Assembly (NCBI GenBank): GCA_037441775.1
Contig: JBBIRO010000009.1
Span: forward strand, 5,892-69,891
Length of the DNA stretch: 64,000 bases
Reading direction: 5' to 3'
Source of the DNA: Syntrophobacterales bacterium
GTDB taxonomy: Bacteria > Desulfobacterota > Syntrophia > Syntrophales > CAMTWB01
Shown here: positions 54,190-64,000 of the stretch, in pieces
Layout of the letters: each line of letters opens with the position of its first letter
How positions within the stretch are numbered: the stretch's first letter is position 1
Notes under the pieces: model-generated
What the model was told of the DNA's origin: nothing
Database searches by the model: none
Seen by the model: only the letters and a program-made list of their open reading frames with translations
Position numbers and translations under genes: made by a program

Positions 54190-55758
54190 ATGAAAACCAA
54201 TACAATTAAAAGGGCTTTGATCAGCGTAACCGACAAGGCGGGAATAGCTGAATTTGCGAAGGAACTAAAAAAGTACGGGGTGGAGATCCTCTCCACTGGC
54301 GGCACGGCTACCCACTTGCGCCAAAACGGCATCGAGGTGGTGGACGTATCGGACTACACCGGCTTTCCGGAGATGATGGACGGCCGTCTCAAGACGCTCC
54401 ACCCGGCCATTCATGGCGGTATTCTTGCCGAGCGGGACAAGGATGATCATCTTAAATCGCTTTTTGAACACAGGATAGGGCTCATCGACATGGTGGTCAT
54501 CAACCTCTATCGCTTTGAAGAGACCGTGGCCAAACCCGGGGTAACCCTGGCGCACGCCATTGAAAATATCGACATCGGCGGGCCAACGATGCTCCGAGCG
54601 GCGGCTAAGAACTACCGCTTCGTTACCGTCGTCACCGACCCGGCCGACTATGGCGTTATCGCAGCGGAGTTGGCCGCGGGCGGCGGGAGGATCAGCGAGA
54701 CCACCAATTACAGCCTGGCCGTGAAGGTGTTCCAGCTTACCGCCCGCTACGACGGGGCAATTTCCAATTACCTGGGCCGCTACGATGCCGCCGGAACCGA
54801 AGCCGGCCTTTTTCCGGCCACGATCAGTATGCAGTTCACCAAGGCTCAGGACCTGCGTTACGGGGAAAATCCCCATCAGCGGGCGGCCTTTTTCCGGGAG
54901 TTGACCCCGCCTTCTCTCTCCATTGCCGCAGCCCGGCAGCTCCAGGGCAAGGAATTGTCGTACAACAACATCATGGATGCGGACGCCGCCTGGCAGATGA
55001 TCTGCGATTTCACCCGGCCCGGGGCGGTTATTATCAAGCACGCCAATCCCTGCGGCGCCGCGGTATCCGATGACGTGGCCGCAGCCTATGTCAAGGCCAT
55101 GGCTACCGATCCCGTTTCCGCCTTTGGCGGCATCGTGGCATTTAACCGGCCGGTTGACCGGGCCGCAGCGGAAGAGCTGGTCAAGACCTTCCTCGAGGTA
55201 ATCGTTGCCCCGGAATTTAGCGCGGAGGCCCTGGCGATCCTGCAGACCAAGCAGAATGTGCGACTGCTTGCCATTCCCGGCAATCAGGCGGCCCTTGCGG
55301 GTGGTTTTGATCTGCGCCGGGTAGGAGGCGGGATTCTGCTGCAGGATCGGGATAGCGATAGCTTCGATATCAGAGAGGCCAAGGTGGTCACTAAAAGAAA
55401 GCCCACCGAGGCCGAGTATGCCGCGCTGGATTTTGCCTGGCGGGTGGTGAAACACGTCAAGTCTAACGCCATAGTAATTGCCGGCAAGGAACAACTCGTC
55501 GGAGTTGGCGCGGGCCAGATGAGCCGGGTGGATTCGGTGCGGATCGCCCGGATGAAATCTCTCCTGCCCACCCGGGGCTGTGTTTTGGCCTCCGATGCCT
55601 TCTTCCCCTTCCGCGACGGGCTGGACATGGCGGCCGAAGCGGGGATTACGGCGGTCATCGAGCCGGGAGAGTCGCTAAGGGACGCCGAGGTCATCCAGGC
55701 CGCCGACGAGCATAATATGGCAATGATCTTCACGGGCCGAAGGCACTTCAAGCACTGA
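54190..55758 (+). CDS. purH: Bifunctional AICAR transformylase / IMP cyclohydrolase
   Basis: The track ORF starts at 54139. I prefer ATG 54190 (GAAAGG upstream), giving [16 protein letters not shown]. The MGS-like domain, [19 protein letters not shown] and the C-terminal FTGRRHFKH are present. Confidence 0.97.
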   Translation: MKTNTIKRALISVTDKAGIAEFAKELKKYGVEILSTGGTATHLRQNGIEVVDVSDYTGFPEMMDGRLKTLHPAIHGGILAERDKDDHLKSLFEHRIGLIDMVVINLYRFEETVAKPGVTLAHAIENIDIGGPTMLRAAAKNYRFVTVVTDPADYGVIAAELAAGGGRISETTNYSLAVKVFQLTARYDGAISNYLGRYDAAGTEAGLFPATISMQFTKAQDLRYGENPHQRAAFFRELTPPSLSIAAARQLQGKELSYNNIMDADAAWQMICDFTRPGAVIIKHANPCGAAVSDDVAAAYVKAMATDPVSAFGGIVAFNRPVDRAAAEELVKTFLEVIVAPEFSAEALAILQTKQNVRLLAIPGNQAALAGGFDLRRVGGGILLQDRDSDSFDIREAKVVTKRKPTEAEYAALDFAWRVVKHVKSNAIVIAGKEQLVGVGAGQMSRVDSVRIARMKSLLPTRGCVLASDAFFPFRDGLDMAAEAGITAVIEPGESLRDAEVIQAADEHNMAMIFTGRRHFKH

Positions 55759-55890
55759 GTGCCCCGATAGGCGCTGGGGATTCCAAAACTCTGCCTGCTA
55801 CATTAAAGAGATAACGGCTCAGCTTGTTGAGACTTTCAGCCTTTGAAGGGTGAACTTAATCAAGGCGAGATAAAACCCCTTAAGACGCGG

Positions 55891-55918
55891 GCCGGGGCGA
55901 ATAACTGTTCGCCCCGGC
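55891..55918. other. GC-rich 11-bp stem-loop downstream of purH without a U-tract
   Basis: GCCGGGGCGAA-TAACTG-TTCGCCCCGGC, 133 nt after the purH stop. It could be an atypical terminator, an RNA stabiliser or a protein site. Confidence 0.35.
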
Positions 55919-56002
55919 TATCGCGTCATGGTCTTGCGGGGCGCGTTTCTTCGTTTTCAAATCCTGCCGCCTATCCTGGTTTAAGTGCTTACAATAAAAG
56001 TA

Positions 56003-57010
56003 ATGACGCTTCTTCTTAGAATAAAAAAAACGGCCATCGAGCCGGAAAAAATCGCCCAGGCGGCGGCGGTGATCAAACGGGGAGGGCTGGTGGCCTTCCC
56101 CACCGAAACCGTCTATGGCCTGGGGGCTGATGCCTTCAACCCGGAGGCGGTTAAACGGATCTATGCCGTCAAGGGCCGGCCGGTTGACAACCCCTTGATT
56201 GTCCACATTGCCGATTTGGCAAAAATCAATTCATTGGTGCGTCTGCTGCCCCCGGAGGCAGGCGTCTTGTGTGCGCGATTCTGGCCGGGTCCCCTGACGC
56301 TGGTTTTGGATCGGAGGGAGCATCTGCCGCCCGAAGTATCCGCCGGCCTCTCCACGGTTGCCATCCGGATGCCGGACAATCCCATTGCCCTTGCCCTCAT
56401 CCGGGCAGCGGGAACTCCGCTTGTTGCTCCTTCGGCGAACCTTTCTTCCCGTCCCAGTCCCACCCAGGCCAGGCATGTCATGGAAGACCTGGCAGGGCTA
56501 ATCGATTTGATCATCGACGGCGGGAAAACGGCCATTGGCATGGAATCAACCGTGGTTGATTTTACCTCCGGACCCCCGCGGATTCTCAGGCCGGGAGCAA
56601 TAACGGCACAGGATATTGAAGCTGCGATCGGTCCGCTTGCTTTAGGCGGGGGAAAAAGCGTGCGGCCTAAATCCCCGGGCATGAAATATCGCCATTACGC
56701 CCCCCGCACCCGGTTCATTCTGGTTGAAGGGGAAAATTTTCGACACGATATCCGCCAGTTGATTGCGCAAGCGGCGAAGGGAAAAAAGATTGCTGTAATT
56801 ACCTTCCGGCAAGAATCGAGCTACGAAGACTGTCTGGTCGTCCACGCCGGCAGCAGCTCCCGGACGGTTGCCCGCCGCCTCTTTGAGATCTTTCGCGACC
56901 TGGACAACAGGGGGATGGATTTAATAATCGCCGAACCCTATCCGGCGACGGACGGCCTGGATATGATGATTTGGGACCGGCTGAAGAAAGCGGCCGGGAC
57001 GGGAAATTGA
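56003..57010 (+). CDS. tsaC: L-threonylcarbamoyladenylate synthase (Sua5/YwlC long form of TsaC)
   Basis: The track ORF starts at GTG 55985. I prefer ATG 56003. The YrdC domain contains VAFPTETVYGLGADA and SANLSSRPSPT, and a Sua5 C-terminal domain follows. Confidence 0.9.
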   Translation: MTLLLRIKKTAIEPEKIAQAAAVIKRGGLVAFPTETVYGLGADAFNPEAVKRIYAVKGRPVDNPLIVHIADLAKINSLVRLLPPEAGVLCARFWPGPLTLVLDRREHLPPEVSAGLSTVAIRMPDNPIALALIRAAGTPLVAPSANLSSRPSPTQARHVMEDLAGLIDLIIDGGKTAIGMESTVVDFTSGPPRILRPGAITAQDIEAAIGPLALGGGKSVRPKSPGMKYRHYAPRTRFILVEGENFRHDIRQLIAQAAKGKKIAVITFRQESSYEDCLVVHAGSSSRTVARRLFEIFRDLDNRGMDLIIAEPYPATDGLDMMIWDRLKKAAGTGN

Positions 57011-57049
57011 CAGCAAACTAACGTTATTCCATAAAAAAAGGAGATTAAC

Positions 57050-57502
57050 ATGAGCGAACAAACAGCCGCTGCGGTTAAGGCCATAAAAGAAGGAATGAAC
57101 TGTTGCCAGGCAATCATCACCAGCTATGGGCCGTCGTTGGGTTTAACGTTTGATGCCACCGTAAAATTAGGCTCCGCGTTTGGCGGCGGCCTGGGACGTA
57201 CCGGAGAGGTTTGCGGCGCCCTCACCGGCGCAACAATGGTGCTGGGCTTGAAGTACGGCCCGCTTGATGCAAAAAATCCCAAGGCCCGGGATCGCGTCTA
57301 TGCCCTGACCCAGGAGCTCTTGGCCAACTTCCGCCGGCGCCGGGGTGAAGTCACCTGCCGTAAGTTGCTCAACTGCGACATCAGCAGCGCTGATGGTTAC
57401 GCCAAAGCGATAGACAGCGGCCTCTTAAAAAATCTCTGCCCGCTATTGGTTCAGGATGCAGCCGAGATTCTGGAGGGCATAATGGTCCGGGAAACCAAGT
57501 AG
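57050..57502 (+). CDS. C_GCAxxG_C_C family putative redox-active protein
   Basis: 150 aa. Contains GMNCCQAIITSYG, FGGGLGRTGEVCGALTGATMVLG and a late Cys pair (VTCRKLLNC) typical of the family. Confidence 0.8.
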   Translation: MSEQTAAAVKAIKEGMNCCQAIITSYGPSLGLTFDATVKLGSAFGGGLGRTGEVCGALTGATMVLGLKYGPLDAKNPKARDRVYALTQELLANFRRRRGEVTCRKLLNCDISSADGYAKAIDSGLLKNLCPLLVQDAAEILEGIMVRETK

Positions 57503-57607
57503 GAAGGATATGTCCAGCGCATCGATCTCTACAGCTACTCTAAATCTTTTAAATGAGAAAGACCCGGCGGGGGTTGTTTTACGTAAGCGGGGGGCGGGAG
57601 AGACCAG

Positions 57608-58210
57608 ATGAATTGTCGGAGCGGCAATAAGCTGCCGGAGCAATTTTATGCCCGTCCTGATGTTGAGCGCATCAGCCGGGAGTTGCTGGGGATGCATCTC
57701 TTTACGATGATCGAGGGGGAAATCACCGGAGGGATCATCCGGGAAACGGAAGCCTACGGTGGCACTTTGGACCGGGCCTGTCATGCCTATGGGGAGCGCC
57801 GCACCCGCCGCACGGAAATCATGTATGCCTCCGGCGGCGTAGCGTACGTTTACCGCTGCTACGGAATCCACTGGCTGCTCAATGTTGTGACCAATGGCCC
57901 CCAGATTCCCGAGGCCATACTGATCCGGGCTGTTGAACCAACAGACGGTCTCGAAGTCATGATGCGGCGTCGCGGTAAATTTGCCGGCTCATTAACGGTG
58001 GGACCGGGAAATTTGACCCGGGCAATGGGCATAGACGGTAAATTAAACGGCGCCAGTCTCCAGGGGCCGCAAATCTGGATCGAGGATCGAGGCCTGCAAC
58101 CCCCACCGGATCAAATAATGGCCGGTCCGCGGATAGGAGTCGCTTATGCCGGAGCCGACGCCTTGCGTCCCTGGCGTTTTTGGGTCAAGGGCATAATTCA
58201 CGACCTCTAA
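57608..58210 (+). CDS. mpg: DNA-3-methyladenine glycosylase (AAG/Mpg family)
   Basis: 200 aa. Contains FYARPDVERISRELLG, ETEAY, DRACHAY and VYRCYGIHWLLNVV. Confidence 0.88.
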   Translation: MNCRSGNKLPEQFYARPDVERISRELLGMHLFTMIEGEITGGIIRETEAYGGTLDRACHAYGERRTRRTEIMYASGGVAYVYRCYGIHWLLNVVTNGPQIPEAILIRAVEPTDGLEVMMRRRGKFAGSLTVGPGNLTRAMGIDGKLNGASLQGPQIWIEDRGLQPPPDQIMAGPRIGVAYAGADALRPWRFWVKGIIHDL

Positions 58211-58248
58211 GCGAGGGGAAGGCGGACTTTCCACACTGTCGTCATAAC

Positions 58249-59070
58249 CTAGCGCCAGGTAATCCGGGGGGAAAGGCGCAGCGGCAGCCGCTCGTAGTTG
58301 AATTTTGGATAGCCAAGCATCAGGCCGCCAAAGCACTGATGGCCGGGCGGCAGTTGGAGGGCCTCCCCCAGAGGAGGGAAGAAATTAGCCGCCGCCATAA
58401 AATAGCCGGCCCAACATCCGCCTAAGCCCAGGGTAGGGGCGGCCAGTTCGAGATAGGTCAGGGCAATGATAGCGGCCGCCGGAGCCATCCGGTTGTCCTT
58501 ATGGGCATAGGCGACGATCAAAACTGGGGCCTGGCGCAGAAATACGTCCCGGCCTGATTCCCAGCCGGCCAATGCCCGGTCCATATTCATGGCCAGGGCG
58601 TATTCAGTCATATTATCCCGCATCCATTTCATCCAGTCCGCCACGATCGCGGAAAGCCGATGGAGTTCCTCCCGGTCGGTTAAAACCAGCCACTCGACAC
58701 ATTGGGAGTTGCGGCCGGTCGGGGCGTAGCGGGCCAGTTCAATGAGCTGCTGGATGGTTTCCCTGGGCACGGTCTGTTTTTTATAGGCCCTGATTGAGCG
58801 GCGCGACCGCAGGAAATGCTCGCAGCTCTCCGCGGACAACAGGAGGTCTTTGCGGACAGGAGGACATTTTTCCACCGGCATTTCCCGGTGGGTAAGGCTT
58901 GCCGTAGGGCAAACCACTACACAATGGCCGCAACGGATGCACAATGCATCAGCGCCGGCAATGGGGCTGGGATACTCGCCCGGAGCATGTGCGATCAGCG
59001 CCGCCGGACAGGAGGCCGCACATCGGCCATCCTGCGTGCATGTTTGCTTATTAATTTCAAGTAGTTTCAA
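58249..59070 (-). CDS. Nitroreductase-family protein with an N-terminal 2x[4Fe-4S] ferredoxin domain
   Basis: 273 aa. The ferredoxin motifs are CTQDGRCAASCP and CIRCGHCVVVCP. The nitroreductase fold follows (RRSIRAYK..., C-terminal GYP). Confidence 0.8.
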   Translation of the reverse strand: MKLLEINKQTCTQDGRCAASCPAALIAHAPGEYPSPIAGADALCIRCGHCVVVCPTASLTHREMPVEKCPPVRKDLLLSAESCEHFLRSRRSIRAYKKQTVPRETIQQLIELARYAPTGRNSQCVEWLVLTDREELHRLSAIVADWMKWMRDNMTEYALAMNMDRALAGWESGRDVFLRQAPVLIVAYAHKDNRMAPAAAIIALTYLELAAPTLGLGGCWAGYFMAAANFFPPLGEALQLPPGHQCFGGLMLGYPKFNYERLPLRLSPRITWR

Positions 59071-59094
59071 TTGTAAACCTCCTTTTGGCCATTC

Positions 59095-60306
59095 CTACTG
59101 TTTTGTTTCCTGGCTTTTAGTGCACCTGATGAGGTTAACTATCCCCAATGCCATAAACACAATCACCATCGCTGAAAAAACATATACCATTTCCAATTTC
59201 CACATCCCCTTGATCCAGCCCGCAATATATACCGCCATTGCCCCCACGCCGAAGGTGAGGCTGAATTTGATGCCGTAGCCGGTGCTTCTAAATTGACTGG
59301 GAGTAAGTTTTGCAACCAGGGTATTTTCCACCGGCTGCATTCCTAAAGCGAAGAAGATGTAAAAAGAGGCGGCCACAACCAGCGGGATATCCGTCAAAAA
59401 CGCCATTGCCAGAAGCGAGGGCAGGCCAATTAAGGTAAAGGCCAGGTAAACATGGGCAAGCTTGAACTTGTCTGATATCCAGCCGCCGAAATACTGGCCG
59501 AAAATGCCAACGGCGTAGATGAACGTAGCCAGGATAGTTGCTGCCAGGGTGGTTGCGCCCGCGACCTGGGCGAAGTTTAAGCCGCGAAAACAGTCCCACA
59601 GAAATGGGGCCCTCAATTCCAGGTAGGCGGGCAAAACCAGCGTATTCATCCGATAGACAATGCCGCTCATGATGAGCACAAAAGCCAGCGCCAGCAGGGT
59701 TTTGATATGGACGCCGCTCTTGGCTTGGGCAATGGAGACATCCTGACCATGGACCGGGGTTTCGTCTATTTTGGTAATTCCCAAAAGCAGCCCCAGGGAA
59801 ACAGAGACGATTCCGGCAATGAGATAAATCATTCGCCAGCCGACGAGCCAGTTGAAAAGCCCGGCCATCAGGGGCGCCATGGCGATGCCCGCGCTGCCGG
59901 CCGCTCCATTAATGCCCATCGCCCGGCCGCGTTCCCTTACCCCCCGGGATAACAGGGCCAATCCCGCAGGATGATAACTGCTGATGAAAATTCCAATTAT
60001 TGCCAGGGAAAAGAAAATGGTGGTGGCGGTTGTAGCAAAGGAGGTTATAATCGACCCAACCCCGGAACCGATAAAAAAGGTGACCAGACAACGCCTGTGG
60101 CCGAAACGATCCGATATCATGCCCCAAGGCAAGGCTCCCATACCCAAAAGGAGGTACATCAGGAAGCTGATGGGCAGAACTTCGGCAAGGCTCATGTTGA
60201 GAGAGAGGGTAAGAGGGATGGCTAAAGCAGGAAAAATGAGTTCAAAAAAATGGTTATAGAAATGGGCGATGCTGGTATAAATAACGATTTTCTTTTCGTT
60301 GTTCAT
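59095..60306 (-). CDS. MFS transporter
   Basis: 403 aa with about 12 predicted TM helices by eye. The MFS loop motif SDRFGHRR lies after TM2. Confidence 0.85.
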   Translation of the reverse strand: MNNEKKIVIYTSIAHFYNHFFELIFPALAIPLTLSLNMSLAEVLPISFLMYLLLGMGALPWGMISDRFGHRRCLVTFFIGSGVGSIITSFATTATTIFFSLAIIGIFISSYHPAGLALLSRGVRERGRAMGINGAAGSAGIAMAPLMAGLFNWLVGWRMIYLIAGIVSVSLGLLLGITKIDETPVHGQDVSIAQAKSGVHIKTLLALAFVLIMSGIVYRMNTLVLPAYLELRAPFLWDCFRGLNFAQVAGATTLAATILATFIYAVGIFGQYFGGWISDKFKLAHVYLAFTLIGLPSLLAMAFLTDIPLVVAASFYIFFALGMQPVENTLVAKLTPSQFRSTGYGIKFSLTFGVGAMAVYIAGWIKGMWKLEMVYVFSAMVIVFMALGIVNLIRCTKSQETKQ

Positions 60307-60423
60307 TGACTGACTCCGGTTGTTTAACTATCTCGTTTTTTTGTCCCGGGCCGCACAAAGGCAGGGCAAAGGCTTACGGCCTAAATGGGAACATGGATGC
60401 GCCGCTGTGGCGTGCGTATTCTT

Positions 60424-60999
60424 TTATGAGTTCCTCTGGTTTGCCCAGTTAACATACTGCTCAAAAAAACTCTGATATTTTCGGGGAAAATACATGTTGC
60501 CTCCGTAGTCAATGATCAGGCGTCCCTCCAGATGATCCAGTTCATGCTGCACTACCCGTGCGAGAAAACCCTGATAGCTTTTGTTGATCTTTTTACCGGC
60601 GTCATCATAGGCCCGCAGCTTGATTTCCGGAAACCGGGGTATCTCCACCTGGATCTCCGGGCAGGACAGGCAGCCTTCGGTCTGTATTTCCAATTCCCCC
60701 CTGGCCTGAGTGATTCGGGGATTAACTAGAATCGCGTAAGAATCAGGTTCCTTGGACCAGTTCCGGTCGTCTAAGCCCTTGGTTCTAAAGGCGATTATTC
60801 TCTTGTTGATCCCAATTTGCGGCGCCGCCAGACCCAGTGCGTCATCCAGTTCCAAAAATGAATCCCGCAGCGTACATATGTCCCTCCGGTCCTCGTCGGA
60901 GAAGGGGATTGCCGTCTCCAGGGAGGGCTTTCTCAAAGTTTTTGTTTCGTCCTCGTTGATCTTAGCTTCCGTCCACAAGGTTAAAATTGGCTTGGTCAT
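60424..60999 (-). CDS. def: Peptide deformylase
   Basis: 191 aa with the three PDF motifs GLAAPQIG, EGCLS and HELDH. Confidence 0.9.
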   Translation of the reverse strand: MTKPILTLWTEAKINEDETKTLRKPSLETAIPFSDEDRRDICTLRDSFLELDDALGLAAPQIGINKRIIAFRTKGLDDRNWSKEPDSYAILVNPRITQARGELEIQTEGCLSCPEIQVEIPRFPEIKLRAYDDAGKKINKSYQGFLARVVQHELDHLEGRLIIDYGGNMYFPRKYQSFFEQYVNWANQRNS

Positions 61000-61079
61000 T
61001 ATTTTTTGGCCTCACTAAATGATATGGGTCTGTCTTGTTTCGTAATTATAGTTGCACACTGCTGTAACGTTCTCCTTAT

Positions 61080-63575
61080 TTACCGTGGGTTCATGTATTC
61101 TATCCGGTCTCTGCCGCCAATTTTTGCCCGATAGAGGGCATGATCGGCGGCAGCGATCAAGTTTCCAGGCTCCATTCCTGTTCTCGGCGTCACCGATGTC
61201 ACTCCTATGCTCATGGTAACATAAGCGCCGACAGTAGAATCCGGGTGGGGCAGGGCGAGCATCTTAATGCGCCTTCGGATTTCCAGCGCCACATTCATGG
61301 CGCCTTCCTGATCCGTATCCGGCATGACCACGATGAACTCCTCGCCGCCATAGCGGGCAACCATATCAAGCGGGCGTCTTATGGCGTCCTGTATCGCGAC
61401 GGCTACCTGGATGAGGCAGTTGTCTCCGGCCTGGTGGCCCAGCGCGTCGTTATAACGCTTGAAGAAATCGATGTCTCCCATGATTAAAGAAAGGGTGGTC
61501 CCTTCGCGAATGGCAAGTTTCCACTGGCGGCTGAAGAACTCATCAAAGTTCCTCCGGTTGGCGATACCGGTCAAACCGTCCACCAAAGAGAGGTGTTTGA
61601 GAGTCTCTTCGTATTTTTTCTGCTCCGTTATATCATGAGCAATGAGAAGCTGATTTGCCCGGTCATCAATGGTGATGGCCGCAGTTACCTCTTCCACCTC
61701 AACTGTTGCGCCATCTTTTTTTCGATAAGAGCGTTGTTTCTGCGGCCCTGGTGGATTGCTCATGATTTCCGCCATGGTCATTTCCCTTAGCTCCTGCGGG
61801 GAATAACCAAGCCACTGATAAACGAAGCTGTTTTCCGAGAGGATCTTGCCGTCGGCTCCATCCAGGATGAATATTGCCGCGGGCACATTCTGGAATATGA
61901 GCTGGAAGCGTTTTTCGGCCCCGAGCAGTTGAGCGCTGGCGGCCAGCAACCGCTGACTGTCGATAAAAAAGACCAGCGTGACTGCAACCAGCAAAAACAG
62001 CAAGAGGATAGTTGCCAGGCGGGCCAGAACGATCTCGTCGATTGGAGTCATGATATAAATGGGCCACTGATGGAAACTGTTAACCAGAAGATGGGGGTAG
62101 CCGTTGTAGGTCACGATTTTGCCCTGGGGTCTTGCGGATAGCAGCGCCTCCCCGGGAGTGAATCCGTACTCCGGGCTATTTTGGATTCTCTCTTTGACCT
62201 CCGGTGTAAGGGGCCACAGGGGCATCCGCCGCAAAATCGGATGGCTGGTCAGCATGATGATCCCCTCCGGGCTGAGATGGAAAGCGTAGCGATGTTTTTT
62301 AAGGAAAAATTCCGCCGTTTCGATGTTCTTTGCCATAATAACGCCGCCGCCGATCTCTCCATTCAGGCATCGCACGGGGAATGCCGTCCAATAGATGGGG
62401 GCTTCCTTCTTCTGGTCGAAAGTTATGTAATAGCTCCGAAATCCCGATATGGCGTCAGCAAAAAAAGGCAAACTGGTATCCACTTGGCTGATGATTCTAT
62501 CAGGACGCAAATCCGCAGAGGCAATGACCCGCCCCCGGGAATCCGCCAGGAGGCATGTTTCCAGACGAAAATTCGACTGGGCGGTGAACAGATCGTCGGT
62601 AACCTGCGCGAGTGCGCGGTCATCTTGTTCGTTTAGGGCTTTTTTAATTGAGGTAATATTGGCCAAAAGCATTACCCCCTGGTTGACGGCACTCAGTACG
62701 CCTCCCAGATGATCCGACATCAAATCGGCGTCGAGCCGGACGCTCGAAATTTTTTCTTTCAGAAAAAAGCCGCCCGTATAATTGGTCAAAAACCAGCCGC
62801 CTACGATAATGAACACAAGCAGGGCAAGGGAGGTGTAGAAGTAGTATTTTGACTTGCGGTTAAGATAGGCGGAGATCAGGTAAACTTCGAGCCGTTCGAT
62901 GGCCAGCCGGGAGAAGAAAAAGGCGATTCCCAGGGTGGAAAGGCCGCTGATGAATAGATACACCAGAGTAAAATTGTTCTGCGGCTGGGGTGGCAAGAGG
63001 GGCAAGAGGGGAAAAGACGGTGGCGCCCCGCCAATAAGGCTGGACAAAAAATGAAAGACAAAAAGAAGCCCCTGAAAAAGGAAAAGAAGACCTGCGGCAA
63101 TCATCCAGAACCGCTCGGGCTTTTTTGTCTTCAGGCCGGCTTGCCAAAAGGCGCCGGCCGCGCCTATCGCAACCATGGCGCCGAGAAAATCGTGAATCGC
63201 CACGTCTACAGCCGATCTACTAACGGCTGTGGAAAGAATAATCGCCGTAAAGGGCAACAGCAAAAGCCACCGTCCGGGCCGGCGGCCAGAGGGAAGCCGA
63301 ATTGCCCGGCGGGTAAATTCGCCAAGAAATAAGAAACCACCAACAACAAAAAAAAGCGGGACTGTTTTAATGATTAAAGAAGAATCGAAGATCAAGACGT
63401 TCAGGGCTAAGAGGTAGCCCAAGCCGTAAAACAGGGCATAAAGGGCGATAAAGCCCCAGGGCATATCCTGGCGCTCCTGTCGTATGAGCGGCAAAGAGGC
63501 AGCGGCCAGGATGATAAGCGATATCCCTTGAAAAAAGATGAGATAGTCCGAGGATATGTAAAACAAAGATTCCAC
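61080..63575 (-). CDS. Membrane sensor diguanylate cyclase (multi-TM N-domain, periplasmic Cache-like region, PAS, GGDEF)
   Basis: 831 aa with a GTG start. It has about 7 N-terminal TM helices plus 2 flanking a large loop, then a PAS domain (LIFQNVPAAIFILDG..). The GGDEF domain has an active-site RYGGEEF and an upstream RPLD at I-site (RxxD) spacing. Confidence 0.9.
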   Translation of the reverse strand: MESLFYISSDYLIFFQGISLIILAAASLPLIRQERQDMPWGFIALYALFYGLGYLLALNVLIFDSSLIIKTVPLFFVVGGFLFLGEFTRRAIRLPSGRRPGRWLLLLPFTAIILSTAVSRSAVDVAIHDFLGAMVAIGAAGAFWQAGLKTKKPERFWMIAAGLLFLFQGLLFVFHFLSSLIGGAPPSFPLLPLLPPQPQNNFTLVYLFISGLSTLGIAFFFSRLAIERLEVYLISAYLNRKSKYYFYTSLALLVFIIVGGWFLTNYTGGFFLKEKISSVRLDADLMSDHLGGVLSAVNQGVMLLANITSIKKALNEQDDRALAQVTDDLFTAQSNFRLETCLLADSRGRVIASADLRPDRIISQVDTSLPFFADAISGFRSYYITFDQKKEAPIYWTAFPVRCLNGEIGGGVIMAKNIETAEFFLKKHRYAFHLSPEGIIMLTSHPILRRMPLWPLTPEVKERIQNSPEYGFTPGEALLSARPQGKIVTYNGYPHLLVNSFHQWPIYIMTPIDEIVLARLATILLLFLLVAVTLVFFIDSQRLLAASAQLLGAEKRFQLIFQNVPAAIFILDGADGKILSENSFVYQWLGYSPQELREMTMAEIMSNPPGPQKQRSYRKKDGATVEVEEVTAAITIDDRANQLLIAHDITEQKKYEETLKHLSLVDGLTGIANRRNFDEFFSRQWKLAIREGTTLSLIMGDIDFFKRYNDALGHQAGDNCLIQVAVAIQDAIRRPLDMVARYGGEEFIVVMPDTDQEGAMNVALEIRRRIKMLALPHPDSTVGAYVTMSIGVTSVTPRTGMEPGNLIAAADHALYRAKIGGRDRIEYMNPR

Positions 63576-63901
63576 TGTTCATTTGCCTTTGATGCTCAGG
63601 GCGCACTTAGAATGGCCTAAGCTGCTTTTGGGCCGGGGAAAGACCTATCCGAGAAAGTCTTGTCTTGGTCTTGCCACAGTAAACAGGCTGAATTAATTAT
63701 TCCTCTCGTGATAGCATCAGGCCTCGCTTCGGGATAAATTACATTTTATTCCCCCGATGGTCAATATTTATAATAATTGACGGCGTGGAAAAAAGCCGGT
63801 AAAGCCCCCATTGTGGTAATTTTACCGGATGGCCAAAAAAAGACCATCCAGCAATCACGGCGCGGAGCTTAAGGCGTACCCCGTGGGAATGTAAATATCA
63901 T

Positions 63902-64000
63902 ATGGAACCAGTTGAGGAGATGGCCGCAGTTATCCGCGTCCTGAAGGGGGAACGCGAGGCCTATGCCCTTTTGGTTGATGCCTACCGTACCCAAATATTC
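63902..64000 (+). CDS. Partial CDS (first 33 codons): probable ECF-type sigma-70 family factor
   Basis: My translation is MEPVEEMAAVIRVLKGEREAYALLVDAYRTQIF, open to the window end. G(D/E)REA(F/Y)..LV..Y is the usual region-2 lead-in of ECF sigma factors. Confidence 0.45.
   Translation, partial: MEPVEEMAAVIRVLKGEREAYALLVDAYRTQIF

Noticed and set aside
54265-55494. 409-aa minus-strand ORF
   Set aside because: It is antisense to purH, which is unambiguous. It has the same shadow-ORF composition (Gly/Arg/His/Leu-rich).
1-64000. Scan for CRISPR arrays, tRNA/rRNA/tmRNA genes, IS elements, integrases, prophage or known defence-system genes
   Set aside because: I saw no regularly spaced direct repeats, no tRNA-like T-arm (GTTCGAATC-type) strings outside coding frames, and no transposase, integrase, phage or nuclease-helicase defence signatures in any ORF of 60 aa or more. 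Small or divergent RNA genes cannot be excluded without covariance-model searches.

Overview
Chromosomal segment that is moderately GC-rich by eye (not computed). Gene content and repeat style suggest an anaerobic Desulfobacterota or deltaproteobacterium-like organism, but that is a low-confidence guess. I call about 60 CDS, nearly all housekeeping. Left to right: a partial kinase-fold gene; a PAS histidine kinase plus CheY-like regulator; an AcuC-like deacetylase convergent with acetyl-CoA synthetase; a decayed molybdoenzyme locus with a TorD-like chaperone; a complete 14-gene type II secretion cluster on the minus strand (gspB-like, D, E, F, G, H, I, J, K, L, M, N, C, A; 7515-21710); pgpA-cinA-thpR-recA-recX-alaS. 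Next is a long minus-strand co-directional block: mtaB, rnc, radical SAM, MBL hydrolase, era, RACo-like DUF4445 and der. Then come MBL, amidohydrolase and cupin genes; copZ-copA; flavin reductase, a TM1266-like ACT protein and flavodoxin; a lipoprotein; bioBFAD; tolQRAB; purD-purH; tsaC/sua5; a C_GCAxxG_C_C protein; mpg; a ferredoxin-nitroreductase; an MFS transporter; def; a membrane PAS-GGDEF cyclase; and the start of an ECF-type sigma factor. I saw no rRNA, tRNA, CRISPR array, transposase, integrase, phage genes or recognisable defence genes, and I cannot support a claim of a novel multi-gene system here. The least ordinary signals are three. (1) A dispersed inverted-repeat (REPIN/MITE-like) family confined to intergenic DNA, with one copy inside the T2SS pseudopilin operon and one supplying a gene's stop codon. 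(2) An internally deleted, frameshifted molybdopterin oxidoreductase remnant still overlapping an intact TorD-like gene. (3) Redox and radical-SAM genes sitting inside the conserved rnc-era-der RNA and ribosome-biogenesis neighbourhood. All homology statements come from motif recognition by eye, not database searches.
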